A stretch of DNA of 64,000 nucleotides from Candidatus Parcubacteria bacterium (lineage in GTDB: Bacteria > Patescibacteriota > Minisyncoccia > Phycocordibacterales > Zambryskibacteraceae), in contig JAIFWJ010000003.1 of NCBI GenBank assembly GCA_019661865.1, positions 15,441 to 79,440 of the forward strand. The letters run 5' to 3'. Positions 49,044 to 59,443 of this stretch are shown in pieces. The position numbers and the translations under genes were made by a program. How positions within the stretch are numbered: the first letter of the stretch is position 1; every line of letters starts with the position of its first letter. The notes under the pieces are model-generated. The model had not been told where the DNA came from and ran no database searches. It was given only the letters and a program-made list of their open reading frames with translations.

Positions 49044-50599
49044 ATATAGCCGAAGTCATTGGCTCATACATTCCACTCCAAAAAGCGGGCGCAAATTTCA
49101 AAGCCAAGTGTCCATTCCACAACGAGAAAACAGCGTCGTTCTTCATCTCAGAATCTCGCCAAAGTTATTATTGCTTTGGTTGCGGAGTTAAGGGTGACAT
49201 CTTCACATTTGTTGAAGAACAAGAAGGTCTGGACTTTAAAGGTGCTCTGAAATTACTCGCAGATAAAGCCGGGATCCAACTCAAGTTTGAGAAAACTGAG
49301 TCTCGCAAAGCAGATGATAAGCTCATTGAAAGTTTAGAAGCAGCCACCAGCTTTTTCGAAGAAGAACTTGAAAAAAATAATAAAGCTCGAGAGTACCTTA
49401 AATCACGTGGAGTGAATAAAGAAAGCATCAAGCTCTGGCGTATTGGCTTCGCTCCGGATGAATGGCGATCGCTATTCTCTTATCTTACCCAGATTGGATT
49501 CGATGAAGCCACACTTCTTCGCGCAGGATTGGTTAAACGTGGAGAAGAGAAAGAGAGAACTCCATATGACGTCTTCAGAAATAGGATCATATTCCCACTG
49601 TTTGATCCCTCTGGAAAAGTTGTAGCATTCTCCGGCCGGGCGCTAGATCCCGAGACATTACCGAAGTATCTAAACAGTCCTGACACGCCTCTCTTCAAGA
49701 AGAGTGAATTGCTTTATGGTCTGGATAAGGCTAAGAGTGAAATAAGAAAGAAAAATTATTCTGTGCTTGTAGAAGGACAGATGGACTTGGTATTGTCACA
49801 CCAAGCTCTGGTTAAGAATACTGTAGCTACCTCTGGTACAGCATTTACAAACCTCCACCTCGAGCGCCTTAAAAGACTTTCTTCTAGAATTCTCCTGGCC
49901 TTCGATGCAGATCAGGCTGGGGAGAAGGCGTCAGAGAGAAGTGCCGAGCTAGCTATGAGCCTTGGACTTGAGGTAAAGATAGCCTCACTTCAAGAAGGAA
50001 AAGATCCTGCAGACTTGGTACGCGAGTCGGAAGATAAGTGGAAGGATAGTTTAAGAGCCTCGATACCAGCTATAGAGCACTTCTTGAATAAAATTGTCGA
50101 AAGGGAAAAGGATACTCGCAAGATTGGACAAGAGATAATAAAGAAAATTTTACCTCTAGTCTCGCTTCTAAGAAGCTCTATCGAACAATCTCATTTCGTC
50201 TCGCTCATAACTAAGAAAACTGGAATTAAGGAAGAAATTATCTGGGACGATTTGAAGAGAATAAAAGTCAGTGTAACTGTAGATAAGGAGAATACAGTAG
50301 ACAAGAAACAAGAAGCTGAAAGAAGAACCCTCAAAGAAAGAGTAGAAGACAAGTTAAATGAAGTTGTAGTCTGGATTGAAGATCTTCCAGAGGATAGCGA
50401 CGAGCGCAAAGATCTTAAGAAGGAAGCAGATGAACTTAGGGCTAGATTATCCCTCATATTAATGGAAGAAGAAATTGCCACTCTTAAGAGAAGCCTCTTG
50501 AGTGGAGAGGAGGATGCTCTTTTAAGAATCCAGCAGTTGAATAGTAGGCTGGATGAAGAGAAGAGGAAAATAGTGTAATATAAAAAGTTATAGAAATTA

Positions 50600-51808
50600 A
50601 TGGCAAAGTCCAAGAAACAAAAGAATAAGCTCAAAAAGGTAGGGAGAAAGAGCCCTGCCAAGAAGACCAAGAGCAAGCCAGTAGTTAAGGTAGTGAAGAA
50701 GGCCAAGAAGGTTATAAAGGCAAAACCGCTTTCTAAGAAAGCTCAAGAGTTAGAGACAAAGATGAATAGACTGATCGCGAGAGGCAAGGCTCGCGGCTTC
50801 GTGACGTATGATGAAATTTTAAAAGAATTTCCAACCATAGAAGACAACATTGCCTTCTTGGATGATTTATATGCGAAACTGCATCAACTTGGTATAGATA
50901 TTTTGGACAGTGGAGGACTTTTAGAAGTGGCAAGTGACGAAGTGGATAGTAAGTATCACTCCAAGGGAGACTCTGCATACGATTCTATCCAAATGTATTT
51001 GAAAGAGATTGGTCAGTACCCACTTATCTCGGGCTCTATGGAGAAGGAGCTCGCCAAGCGCATAGAAGCTGGTGATGATGATGCTAAGAGTTTACTCATG
51101 AAGGCGAACTTACGCCTTGTAGTATCTATTGCCAAGAAGTATGCAAACAGGAGCCCTGACCTCACACTCCTTGATCTTATACAAGAAGGAAATCTAGGAC
51201 TTCATAAAGCTGTAGAAAAGTTCGATTGGACTAAGGGGTATAAATTTTCTACTTATGCCACATGGTGGATTCGCCAGGCTATTACTCGTGCTCTTGCTGA
51301 CCAGTCACGCACTATCCGTGTACCAGTGCATATGGTAGAAACCATTGCTAAGTACAAGCAGGTCGTACGTCGCCTTACCCAAGACCTCGGTCGCGAGCCT
51401 CTGGCAGAAGAAGTGGCTATGGAGATGAACCTCGATGTCGATAAAATTTATCAGATTGAAAAGATTGACCAGTCTACAGTCTCACTTGAGTCTCCAGTAG
51501 GTGATGAAGGCGATGATGGCAAGTCGAAGCTAGGTGACTTCCTGGCTGATGATAAGATTCTTTCTCCTGCAGAAGAGTCATCGCGCAGAATTATTTCTGA
51601 CCAAGTGCGTGAGATATTAAATGATCTTCCACCAAAGGAAAGGAAAATCTTGGAGATGCGCCACGGACTCTTGGATGGTTATACCCATACACTCGAAGAA
51701 GTAGGAAAAGTTTTCGGTGTTACCCGTGAGCGTATCAGACAGATCGAAGCCAAGGCTCATGAGAAGATCCGCCAGCACGAGAAGATAAATAGACTAAGAG
51801 GATATTAA
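50600..51808 (+). CDS. rpoD: RNA polymerase sigma-70 factor with Lys-rich basic N-terminal tail
   Basis: regions 1.2-4.2 ([41 protein letters not shown]); classic dnaG-rpoD arrangement. Confidence 0.9.
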   Translation: MAKSKKQKNKLKKVGRKSPAKKTKSKPVVKVVKKAKKVIKAKPLSKKAQELETKMNRLIARGKARGFVTYDEILKEFPTIEDNIAFLDDLYAKLHQLGIDILDSGGLLEVASDEVDSKYHSKGDSAYDSIQMYLKEIGQYPLISGSMEKELAKRIEAGDDDAKSLLMKANLRLVVSIAKKYANRSPDLTLLDLIQEGNLGLHKAVEKFDWTKGYKFSTYATWWIRQAITRALADQSRTIRVPVHMVETIAKYKQVVRRLTQDLGREPLAEEVAMEMNLDVDKIYQIEKIDQSTVSLESPVGDEGDDGKSKLGDFLADDKILSPAEESSRRIISDQVREILNDLPPKERKILEMRHGLLDGYTHTLEEVGKVFGVTRERIRQIEAKAHEKIRQHEKINRLRGY

Positions 51809-51821
51809 AATATGATAAGAA

Positions 51822-51855
51822 AAAACCGAACACTTGGGTGTCCGGTTTTGATTTG
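51822..51855 (+). terminator. rho-independent terminator AAAACCGAACAC-TTGG-GTGTCCGGTTTT + GATTTGG
   Basis: 12-bp stem (one mismatch) 14 nt after rpoD stop. Confidence 0.8.
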
Positions 51856-52109
51856 GAAGAGAGAATTACGCTAAGTGCTAAGATTATCGCCAGAAATGCC
51901 AGGATGGCGATCCGACGATTGCCCTTGTCACTTCTGTGACTCTCTAGATACAGGATAAAATTCTTGTAAAATGTCACAATTCCTGCTGCCATGAGAATCC
52001 AGGCTATGTATGTAATGTCGAAAGAAAACACGACTCCCCCATTTGCAAATGGTGATTTCTCATAATATCAAATCACAAAATTTGCAAAATGCAAGTGAAG
52101 TCTAACGTT

Positions 52110-52116
52110 ATATAAT
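52110..52116 (+). promoter_or_regulatory. -10-like TATAAT ending ~7 nt before the helicase ATG (leaderless arrangement)
   Basis: gttatataatgagcctATG; no SD. Confidence 0.3.
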
Positions 52117-52122
52117 GAGCCT

Positions 52123-55083
52123 ATGGCAGGGGATACATTCGAAAGACTCTACAAGGGGCTTAATGTTGGACAGAAGAATGCTGTAGATACGGTAGAAGGT
52201 CCAGTGATGGTTGTAGCAGGCCCTGGGACGGGCAAGACTACAGTTCTCACCCTCCGTATAGCTAATATTCTCCGTACCACTGATACCCCGCCAGATGGCA
52301 TTCTGGCGCTTACATTTACCGAATCCGCAGTGGCATCCATGAGAAGGAAGCTTGTAGGGCTCATTGGTCCAAGGGCATACAGAGTAGGACTCTTCACCTT
52401 TCATGGCTTCGCAGAAGAAGTTATAAAAAAGTATCCGGAATATTTCCCACGTATTATTGGCGGAGACATCGCCACAGAAGCGGAGAAACTTTCAATAATT
52501 GAAGAGATTATTGAGAAAAATGATTTCGAATATATAAAACCATTTAGGGCACCCTTCTTCTACGTGCAATCAATTCTTCATACTATATCTGATCTTAAGC
52601 GAGATGCTGTCTCTCCAAGGGAGTTCTTAAAGGTCCTGGAGAAAGAAGAGAAAGATATTCTCTCTCATGAAGATGTTTACCACACTAAGGGTAAGTATAA
52701 GGGTGAGATGAAAACCCTTTATAAAAACACTCTCAGGAGCACTGAGAAAAATAGGGAGTTAACCAAGGTTTATACAGAATATGAGAAAGCTCTGGAGGTG
52801 AGAAGTCTCTACGACTTCGATGATCAGCTTCTGGAATTGTTGCGAGCTCTCAAGGAAGAGAAAGATCTTCTCCAAACCCTTCAAGAAGAGTTTCTATATT
52901 TCCTGGCAGACGAGCATCAGGATGCCAACAACGCTCAGAATCAGATACTAGAGCTTCTCTCAAGTTACTTTACAGAACCGAATCTCTTTATAGTGGGTGA
53001 TGAGAAGCAGGCTATATATAGGTTCCAGGGAGCGTCTCTGGAAAACTTTCTTTACTTCAGAACCAAGTTTCCTACTGCTAAGTTCATTTACTTGGATGAG
53101 AGCTATAGATCTACCCAGAACATTCTTGATGTTTCTTACTCACTTGCAGCTCTTTTACCGGGTGATCCTAAACTTCGTCCAGAGCTTAAATCACGCACAG
53201 AGAAGAAAGGGTTGATTAGCGTAATAGACTACAGGACAGAAAAAGACGAGTACGAGGGCTTGGTAGAGAATATATTGAAAAGAATTGAAAACGGAGAAGA
53301 TCCAGATGACATGGCAGTCCTGGTACGTACAAATAGAGAAATTGCAGATGTGGGTAGAGCGTTACTTGCGAAGAATATTTCGACCAATCTCTACCAAGAT
53401 GAAGATGTGCTCTCTGATAGAGAAATATTTAAGTTCATGCTCCTTCTGCGTGCAATCTCAGATCCTCAAAATGAGACAATAGTGGGAGAGACATTGTTTA
53501 TCGACTTCCTCAAGGTCGATTCCATACAAGTTATACAGATTCTAGATAAGGCCAAGAAAGAAAGAGTCCATGTGCTCGAAGCGCTTAAGAATATTAATTC
53601 TGAATTCTCTAACCTTTTCTCCAAATGGATAAAGGCAGCAAGAAACCAGAGTGCACTCGATGCATTTACTACCATTCTCGCTGAGTCACTCTTCACTGAG
53701 CATCTGCTTACACTACCTGAAAGTATTCAAAAAATGTCTCTTCTCTCAAGTCTTTACCAAGAAATAGCCACGCGACAAGCGCACGATAAGGATCTAACAC
53801 TACAGAAGTTTCTGGAGGATATTGATAGGCTTGAAGAACATGGTGGTAAGCTGCAGTTCAGTACCAGACTTCCTAAAGAGAAAAGTATTTCAGTTATGAC
53901 TGCCCACAAGTCTAAGGGAGCTGAATGGAGGACTGTATATATACCTCATGTGGTAGACGGTATATGGGGTAACAAACGTACAATGCTCGACTTCAGACTG
54001 CCTTTCCCTCTTGGCCGAGCTCATCAATCTGGTAAAGAAGAAGATGAGAGAAGGCTCTTTTACGTGGCCCTCACAAGGGCCAAGGAGAATGTAATACTCA
54101 CATACTCTCACATGCGAAGTGATGGCAGAGAACAAGTGGTCTCACGCTTTATACAAGAGTTGCCTCCTGCACTGCTTACTCGTGAACAAGGTAAAACTAC
54201 TCGAGATGGAGATGAGATCATATCCCAAGTAAAAAAGAAGATCACTCGTCACAGGACAGTTTGGGATAGAGAGTATCTTCTAAAGACTTTTAAAGAAGAG
54301 GAACTTTCTGCCACAGCGTTAAATAACTTTATAGAATGTCCATGGAAATACTTCTTCATAAATCTTATTAGAATTCCTGACATGCCGGATAAAGCTCAGA
54401 TGTTCGGAGTTGCTATACATGAAGCACTAAGCTTCCTTACTCGAGCTGTGCGAGAAAGTGGGAAGACTACCTTCGAGAAATTTTATGAGAGTTTCGAAAA
54501 ATGTCTAAGTCACCAACCTCTGACGGATAAAGAATATAAACAAGCTCTAAAGAAAGGTAAGGAAATGTTAAGAGTTTTTTGGGATAAGGAAATGCCAACT
54601 TGGCACAAGAATTCACTCGCAGAGTTTAATATTAGAAATGTATTTGTACCAGTAGGTGGTACTGAAGGTATAAGAATATGTGGAAGACTCGACAAGATGG
54701 AGATTCATGGAGACAGGGAAGTGAAGGTGGTGGATTATAAAACTGGAAGACCGAAGACCAGAAATGCAATCCTTGGTAAAACTGAGTCGAGTAGTGGTAA
54801 TGAGAAGCGCCAGCTCGACTTCTACAGACTCCTGCTTGAGTTATATGAAAAAGGCAAGTTCGAGATGACTCAAGGGTCCATATACTTTACCGAGCCAGAT
54901 GAGAAGAAGAGGTTGAAAGAAGAAGTATTCGAAATGTCACACGAAGATGCAGAAAGGGTAGAACAAGAAATTGTCAGGCTATATAGTGAAGTGACGACCT
55001 TTTCCTTCTGGAACTCTCATTGCAATGACAAAGATTGTGAGTACTGTCGCCTGCGGGATTTTTTAATTACAGAGACTATTTAA
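52123..55083 (+). CDS. UvrD/PcrA-type SF1 helicase fused to C-terminal RecB/Cas4-like PD-(D/E)xK nuclease with 4-Cys cluster (AddA-like helicase-nuclease)
   Basis: Walker A AGPGTGKT, motif II LADEHQD, motif VI TAHKSKGAEW; C-terminal CPWKYF...VVDYKTG...HCNDKDCEYC. Confidence 0.8.
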   Translation: MAGDTFERLYKGLNVGQKNAVDTVEGPVMVVAGPGTGKTTVLTLRIANILRTTDTPPDGILALTFTESAVASMRRKLVGLIGPRAYRVGLFTFHGFAEEVIKKYPEYFPRIIGGDIATEAEKLSIIEEIIEKNDFEYIKPFRAPFFYVQSILHTISDLKRDAVSPREFLKVLEKEEKDILSHEDVYHTKGKYKGEMKTLYKNTLRSTEKNRELTKVYTEYEKALEVRSLYDFDDQLLELLRALKEEKDLLQTLQEEFLYFLADEHQDANNAQNQILELLSSYFTEPNLFIVGDEKQAIYRFQGASLENFLYFRTKFPTAKFIYLDESYRSTQNILDVSYSLAALLPGDPKLRPELKSRTEKKGLISVIDYRTEKDEYEGLVENILKRIENGEDPDDMAVLVRTNREIADVGRALLAKNISTNLYQDEDVLSDREIFKFMLLLRAISDPQNETIVGETLFIDFLKVDSIQVIQILDKAKKERVHVLEALKNINSEFSNLFSKWIKAARNQSALDAFTTILAESLFTEHLLTLPESIQKMSLLSSLYQEIATRQAHDKDLTLQKFLEDIDRLEEHGGKLQFSTRLPKEKSISVMTAHKSKGAEWRTVYIPHVVDGIWGNKRTMLDFRLPFPLGRAHQSGKEEDERRLFYVALTRAKENVILTYSHMRSDGREQVVSRFIQELPPALLTREQGKTTRDGDEIISQVKKKITRHRTVWDREYLLKTFKEEELSATALNNFIECPWKYFFINLIRIPDMPDKAQMFGVAIHEALSFLTRAVRESGKTTFEKFYESFEKCLSHQPLTDKEYKQALKKGKEMLRVFWDKEMPTWHKNSLAEFNIRNVFVPVGGTEGIRICGRLDKMEIHGDREVKVVDYKTGRPKTRNAILGKTESSSGNEKRQLDFYRLLLELYEKGKFEMTQGSIYFTEPDEKKRLKEEVFEMSHEDAERVEQEIVRLYSEVTTFSFWNSHCNDKDCEYCRLRDFLITETI

Positions 55084-55780
55084 GGAGTAAGTCGATCTGG
55101 GCTTTAACTGAGTCGTAGGGCATGGCACCGTTTATAGGAACTTTCTTACCATCAGAAGTTAGGATGACCGAGTATGGAGTACCTTGGGCCCCTGCCTTAG
55201 TAGCGGCTAGAACATCGGCTTGAATTTCGGAGGTGTGTTTACCACTTGAAAGACAGGAGTTGAAGGCTGCAACATCCAAGCCAAGCGACCCAGCAATACG
55301 AGGAAGTTCGGAAGGGTTTAGAGTGTTGTTAGATCCGGTTGTAGCAAAAACTTGGTCAATAAATTTCCAGAATACTGTGTTGCCACCTTGATCAGCTGCA
55401 CATTCAGCGGCCTCAGCTTCCTTAGGAGCCTTGGAGTGGAGTTGAGCGATAGGAAAATGTCTAAAGACCCATGCGACATCTCCATGGTAGTTGTCTACAA
55501 TCTCGTGCATGGTGTCGTGGAAAACTTTACAAAATGGACACTCGAGATCTGAGTATTCTACCACTACGACTTTAGCATTTTTACTTCCGATAATATGATC
55601 TGTGTCTGTCACTTTCTCAATTGAACCCACACTTCCTGAAGCATTCGCCACGTTATTTGTACCAGCGGGGGCTGTGTGTCCGCCGCCGAAGTATATGGCA
55701 CCAGCTATGAGGGCTCCGGCTACGATTATGGCTAAGGGTATAGAGACTTTCTGACTTTGTGATGAATTTTGGCTCTCCAT
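55076..55780 (-). CDS. DsbA-family thiol:disulfide oxidoreductase with N-terminal TM anchor
   Basis: thioredoxin-fold CPFC active site (DLECPFCKVFH). Confidence 0.7.
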   Translation of the reverse strand: MESQNSSQSQKVSIPLAIIVAGALIAGAIYFGGGHTAPAGTNNVANASGSVGSIEKVTDTDHIIGSKNAKVVVVEYSDLECPFCKVFHDTMHEIVDNYHGDVAWVFRHFPIAQLHSKAPKEAEAAECAADQGGNTVFWKFIDQVFATTGSNNTLNPSELPRIAGSLGLDVAAFNSCLSSGKHTSEIQADVLAATKAGAQGTPYSVILTSDGKKVPINGAMPYDSVKAQIDLLLK

Positions 55781-55806
55781 TGTGGGTCCATTCTATCATG
55801 CTCTGA

Positions 55807-55812
55807 TATAAT
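55807..55812 (+). promoter_or_regulatory. -10 TATAAT ending 6 nt before uppP ATG (leaderless arrangement)
   Basis: ctgatataataaatatATG. Confidence 0.3.
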
Positions 55813-55818
55813 AAATAT

Positions 55819-56616
55819 ATGCTGACATACTTGCATGCCACAATTCTTGGAATTGTGGAAGGACTGACTGAATTCGTCCCTATTTCCTCCTCTGGGCATC
55901 TCATTTTAGCTAGAGATATCTTCCATATAAACAGCGGAGACGCACTCTCAGTCGATGCGGTGCTCCAAATGGGGGCAATACTCGCGGTGTTGGTATATTT
56001 CTTCGGAGACTTGTGGCATTTGCTTAATGCAGCATTTAGATGGGTTTCTAGAAAAATTGTTTCAGAAGAAGATAAGAAGATGATCCTAGCCGTCATACTT
56101 GGTACCATTCCTGGGGTTATCCTTGGATTTTTACTGGAGAAAAAGATGGACACTGTATTTAGAAGTGTGCACTTAGTGGCTTGGACGCTTATAGCCGGAT
56201 CAGTACTGATGTTCTTTGCAGAAAGAATAGCTAAGCAGAGTAAAGCAATAAACACCGTAAGGGGATTTATTATAGGGTTGTTCCAGGCTCTAGCTCTGGT
56301 ACCAGGTGTGTCTCGCTCAGGTGCTACTATCTCTGGAGGACTTATTACTGGGTTAACTCGTGAGGAAGCCACGCGCTTCAGCTTTATCTTGAGTTTTCCA
56401 ATTATCTTAGGAGCGGGGCTTAAAAAGTTTCTTGACCTTTATCATTCTGGGAGCATCGCACTACAAGGGTTACCACTAAGTCTTGGTTTCGTAATCACAT
56501 TTATTACAGCTTTGGGCTCCATACACTTCTTGATCAACTACCTTAGGAAACATAGCTTGGATCTTTTTATCTGGTACAGAGTAGTTCTGGCAATACTTAT
56601 ACTTATCCTACTTTAG
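55819..56616 (+). CDS. uppP: undecaprenyl-diphosphatase
   Basis: GIVEGLTEFVPISSSGHL and RSGATISGG BacA motifs. Confidence 0.9.
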   Translation: MLTYLHATILGIVEGLTEFVPISSSGHLILARDIFHINSGDALSVDAVLQMGAILAVLVYFFGDLWHLLNAAFRWVSRKIVSEEDKKMILAVILGTIPGVILGFLLEKKMDTVFRSVHLVAWTLIAGSVLMFFAERIAKQSKAINTVRGFIIGLFQALALVPGVSRSGATISGGLITGLTREEATRFSFILSFPIILGAGLKKFLDLYHSGSIALQGLPLSLGFVITFITALGSIHFLINYLRKHSLDLFIWYRVVLAILILILL

Positions 56617-57188
56617 AAGGGTAAAGTAAAGGTTAATTTATTTTCTTGCGGCGTTTCCCATTCGCTACAGTCAAGTTTTATTTCAAAAATCTCATTACCT
56701 TCTTTAAAAATAAGCTTATTGTTTTGTATCGCGTAGTCATATAATTCTTTTGTTAGTCTAACATCATCTATACAGTATTTTCTTACTTTCTCTTTTTCTC
56801 CCCTTCTCCACCATTGCAGAGCGTGAAGTCCATGACCTGATTTCTTTTTACCCAGAGTTCCTTCTGCTAGTTGATCAAGTTTCATTCTCCTCCCATATGA
56901 CTTTTTTATTTCCTTAAGAATATCTAGACTTTTAATTTTGGACAGATCTCCTGGATAGTATTTATTTAAAAGTGGCAGATCGAAATGATCTGAATTAAAC
57001 CCTATGAGCATATCTGCTCGCTCCAAAATGGGCCAGAGTTTGGGTAGGTCTTCTTCAAAATAACTCGAGTAGGAATCGGTTTCTGAGTCATGTATAGCTA
57101 CCACAGCAATATCAAGAAGCGCTGGATCTCCTTTACCAACGTCAGAAAACACATTACGAGTTTCTATGTCGTATACAATCTTTCGCAT
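56613..57188 (-). CDS. DEDD-family 3'-5' exonuclease (RNase H-like fold)
   Basis: YDIET motif I, GFNSDHFDLP motif II, H....D motif III region. Confidence 0.55.
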   Translation of the reverse strand: MRKIVYDIETRNVFSDVGKGDPALLDIAVVAIHDSETDSYSSYFEEDLPKLWPILERADMLIGFNSDHFDLPLLNKYYPGDLSKIKSLDILKEIKKSYGRRMKLDQLAEGTLGKKKSGHGLHALQWWRRGEKEKVRKYCIDDVRLTKELYDYAIQNNKLIFKEGNEIFEIKLDCSEWETPQENKLTFTLPF

Positions 57189-58267
57189 TACTGTTTAATT
57201 ATGTCGATGATCTCAGCCTTCGAAGCTTCAATTTCTTTACCAGTCTCCATTTTCTTCACAGAGTACATACCACTTTTCACTTCATCTTCACCTAGTACCA
57301 GTGCATAGGGGACCCGCTGCTTATTGGCAGACTTTACCTGATCGCTTACTTTTTTCCCAGACCAGTCTATGGCCACGTTTACATTATTCATTCTTAAGAA
57401 GTCTCCCAACTCTTCCGCTTTGGGTCCCAGGTCTAGAGATGTGAGAGCGATATAAAGGTCAGTGGTAGGACGAAATTTAGGAAGTAAATTGTGAGTTTGG
57501 AGGAAGTCTTTTGTCGTCACATCACCCATGCCGAAGCCTGCCGCAGAGAGCTTGTCCTCACCGAAAAGTGCCGTGATGTTGTCGAACCTACCTCCGCCAA
57601 GTATTGAGCGGGTATTCTCTTTGTTGGTATCAAAAAATTCGAAGACAACTCCAGTATAGTAAGCCTGACCGCGTTTAAGTGACGAGTCTATTTTAATATT
57701 TGTAATTCCAATGTCCTTCAGTCTATCTATCACTCTAGACAAGCTCTCACCTTCATCCTGGGCGTAGCTGTTTAATCTTATTTCGAAGTTCTCATCACTT
57801 GCACCGAAGGCGATGAGGATTCTATATGCCAATGTAATAATCTCTACATCGGCTTCTATACCATCTACACCGAAGATGTCCGCATTTAACTGCCAATGTT
57901 CACGGAGCCTACCCCTCTGTGGAGCCTCATAACGGAAGAGGTTAGGAATAGAGTACCAACGTAGTGGGAAGCCGAGCTCACGGCGCTTGGCAGCAACCAT
58001 ACGAGCTATGCTGGGTGTCATCTCCGGACGAAGAGTCACTTCACGATCTCCTCGATCCTTAAATGTATAAGTTTGGCTCTTGACTATCTCCTCGCCTGAC
58101 TTTTCTTTATAAATCTCGGAAGGCTCAAGGATAGAAGCTCCATACTCTTGGTAGCCGAAGCTCTCAAGTGTTTTCCGCCAGATTTTAAATATATAGTTCT
58201 GGATGGCTTGCTCTTCAGGGTAGAAGTCCCTAACCCCCTTATACGAGTCTGTACTGAGCTTAGACAT
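57188..58267 (-). CDS. hisS: histidyl-tRNA synthetase
   Basis: GVRDFYPEE, TLRPEMT class II motifs and anticodon-binding C-terminus; conserved start MSKLSTDSYKGVRDF at ATG 58267 (track ORF extends to 58390). Confidence 0.85.
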   Translation of the reverse strand: MSKLSTDSYKGVRDFYPEEQAIQNYIFKIWRKTLESFGYQEYGASILEPSEIYKEKSGEEIVKSQTYTFKDRGDREVTLRPEMTPSIARMVAAKRRELGFPLRWYSIPNLFRYEAPQRGRLREHWQLNADIFGVDGIEADVEIITLAYRILIAFGASDENFEIRLNSYAQDEGESLSRVIDRLKDIGITNIKIDSSLKRGQAYYTGVVFEFFDTNKENTRSILGGGRFDNITALFGEDKLSAAGFGMGDVTTKDFLQTHNLLPKFRPTTDLYIALTSLDLGPKAEELGDFLRMNNVNVAIDWSGKKVSDQVKSANKQRVPYALVLGEDEVKSGMYSVKKMETGKEIEASKAEIIDIIKQ

Positions 58268-58273
58268 GGGGAA

Positions 58274-58279
58274 ATTATA
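58274..58279 (-). promoter_or_regulatory. -10 TATAAT on minus strand ending 6 nt before hisS ATG (leaderless arrangement)
   Basis: minus-strand reading gagcTATAATttccccATG. Confidence 0.3.
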
Positions 58280-58380
58280 GCTCAAAATAGGAAACAAATC
58301 TGCCTTTTTGTATGCTTGACTGAGCCCACTTCGAGTGATATTGTCCGAAGAGACAACGTTCAAAGCTACTAGGAGGTTCG

Positions 58381-59406
58381 ATGCTGTCACTGACTATGGT
58401 TTGTTGGACTCTGGTGATTCTCGGCCTCTTGTCTGGGTTCTATGCACTTACTCATCAAATATGGTGGGGGAGCGAGGGGGACAAGGGGCTTGTGAGGCAG
58501 AGGTACTACAAACATGGATGTTGGGTTCTGATCTTGCTTGGAGCTGGAGGATTGTGGTGGAATATCTCAAATGATAAGGGCATTCCATCCTACGGGCCTT
58601 CATTACCGGCAAATTCCAGGTCACAACAAAAAGTTGAACAGTTAACAAAACTAGCCGAGGGTGCTCCTATGGTAAATCGAGGAACACATTCTTCAGTTGC
58701 TTTAATCTTTCAGAAAGGGGTGCAGGCAACTAGTCACGTATCTGTCATCGGCTGGTTTCTCATCGGTTCGGGAGTACTATTAGGCCTCGGGTTGTTTCTC
58801 CTATTGTATTTGGGGAAGCGGGAGCCTAACGCGGCTGCTCCTAGAATGAGAAGGCTTCAGAGCAGACGAGATTGGGGCGTGAGTTCGAATTTCGGTGCTG
58901 CGGCTCTTCTCATCCTGGCTCTACTGTGGTGGGGGGTACCAAAGGTGATCCATTGGATGAGTCCAGAACCAGTCAAAAGTCCACAAAAGGTGGCCACAAC
59001 GGATACTCATGCAACAAAACCCGACACCCTGCCTACCTTGAGTCCTGTTCTGCCAGATACTTCTAATCCAGATACCCTCCCGCAGAAAACGACAAAGATG
59101 CCGGTGGTTAAAGACAAGCCAAAGAAGCCAGAGAAAAAGATCGAGGCTGGTGAAGTGGCTGCCGCCATACCACTGACTCTTCCGGACTCGCTCAAGGCAA
59201 GTATCGTGGAGAAGAATTGTCCGAAGTATTTGGACCGATTCATCACCATGAGAGACAAGGCCTATGACGGACCAGTGAAGGATTTCGGTCTTCTGGCTCG
59301 GGCGGTCATGGCTTGTAACGAGTGGCGAAAGAATACTAAGCCTGAACCTAAGCACCGAGAAGCTCTTGATCAAGCCCGACTAGTCGTGGCTGGTCTAGGG
59401 ATGTAA
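58381..59406 (+). CDS. hypothetical membrane protein with Pro/Lys-rich linker
   Basis: AGGAGG SD 4 nt upstream of ATG; several TM helices then Pro-rich region; no family recognised. Confidence 0.45.
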   Translation: MLSLTMVCWTLVILGLLSGFYALTHQIWWGSEGDKGLVRQRYYKHGCWVLILLGAGGLWWNISNDKGIPSYGPSLPANSRSQQKVEQLTKLAEGAPMVNRGTHSSVALIFQKGVQATSHVSVIGWFLIGSGVLLGLGLFLLLYLGKREPNAAAPRMRRLQSRRDWGVSSNFGAAALLILALLWWGVPKVIHWMSPEPVKSPQKVATTDTHATKPDTLPTLSPVLPDTSNPDTLPQKTTKMPVVKDKPKKPEKKIEAGEVAAAIPLTLPDSLKASIVEKNCPKYLDRFITMRDKAYDGPVKDFGLLARAVMACNEWRKNTKPEPKHREALDQARLVVAGLGM

Positions 59407-59443
59407 CCCACGGCATGTCTGTGGGTTTTTATATACTAAATGT

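Noticed and set aside
50191-50706. 171-aa minus-strand ORF
   Set aside because: Antisense to the dnaG 3' end and the rpoD start, low-complexity Ser/Leu.
51735-52031. 98-aa minus-strand membrane-like ORF
   Set aside because: Its 3' third runs through the strong rpoD terminator hairpin and overlaps the rpoD 3' end. Likely spurious, or real only in its first ~60 codons.
55653-56372. 239-aa minus-strand ORF
   Set aside because: Antisense to uppP and out of frame with the dsbA-like gene. uppP carries the conserved BacA motifs.
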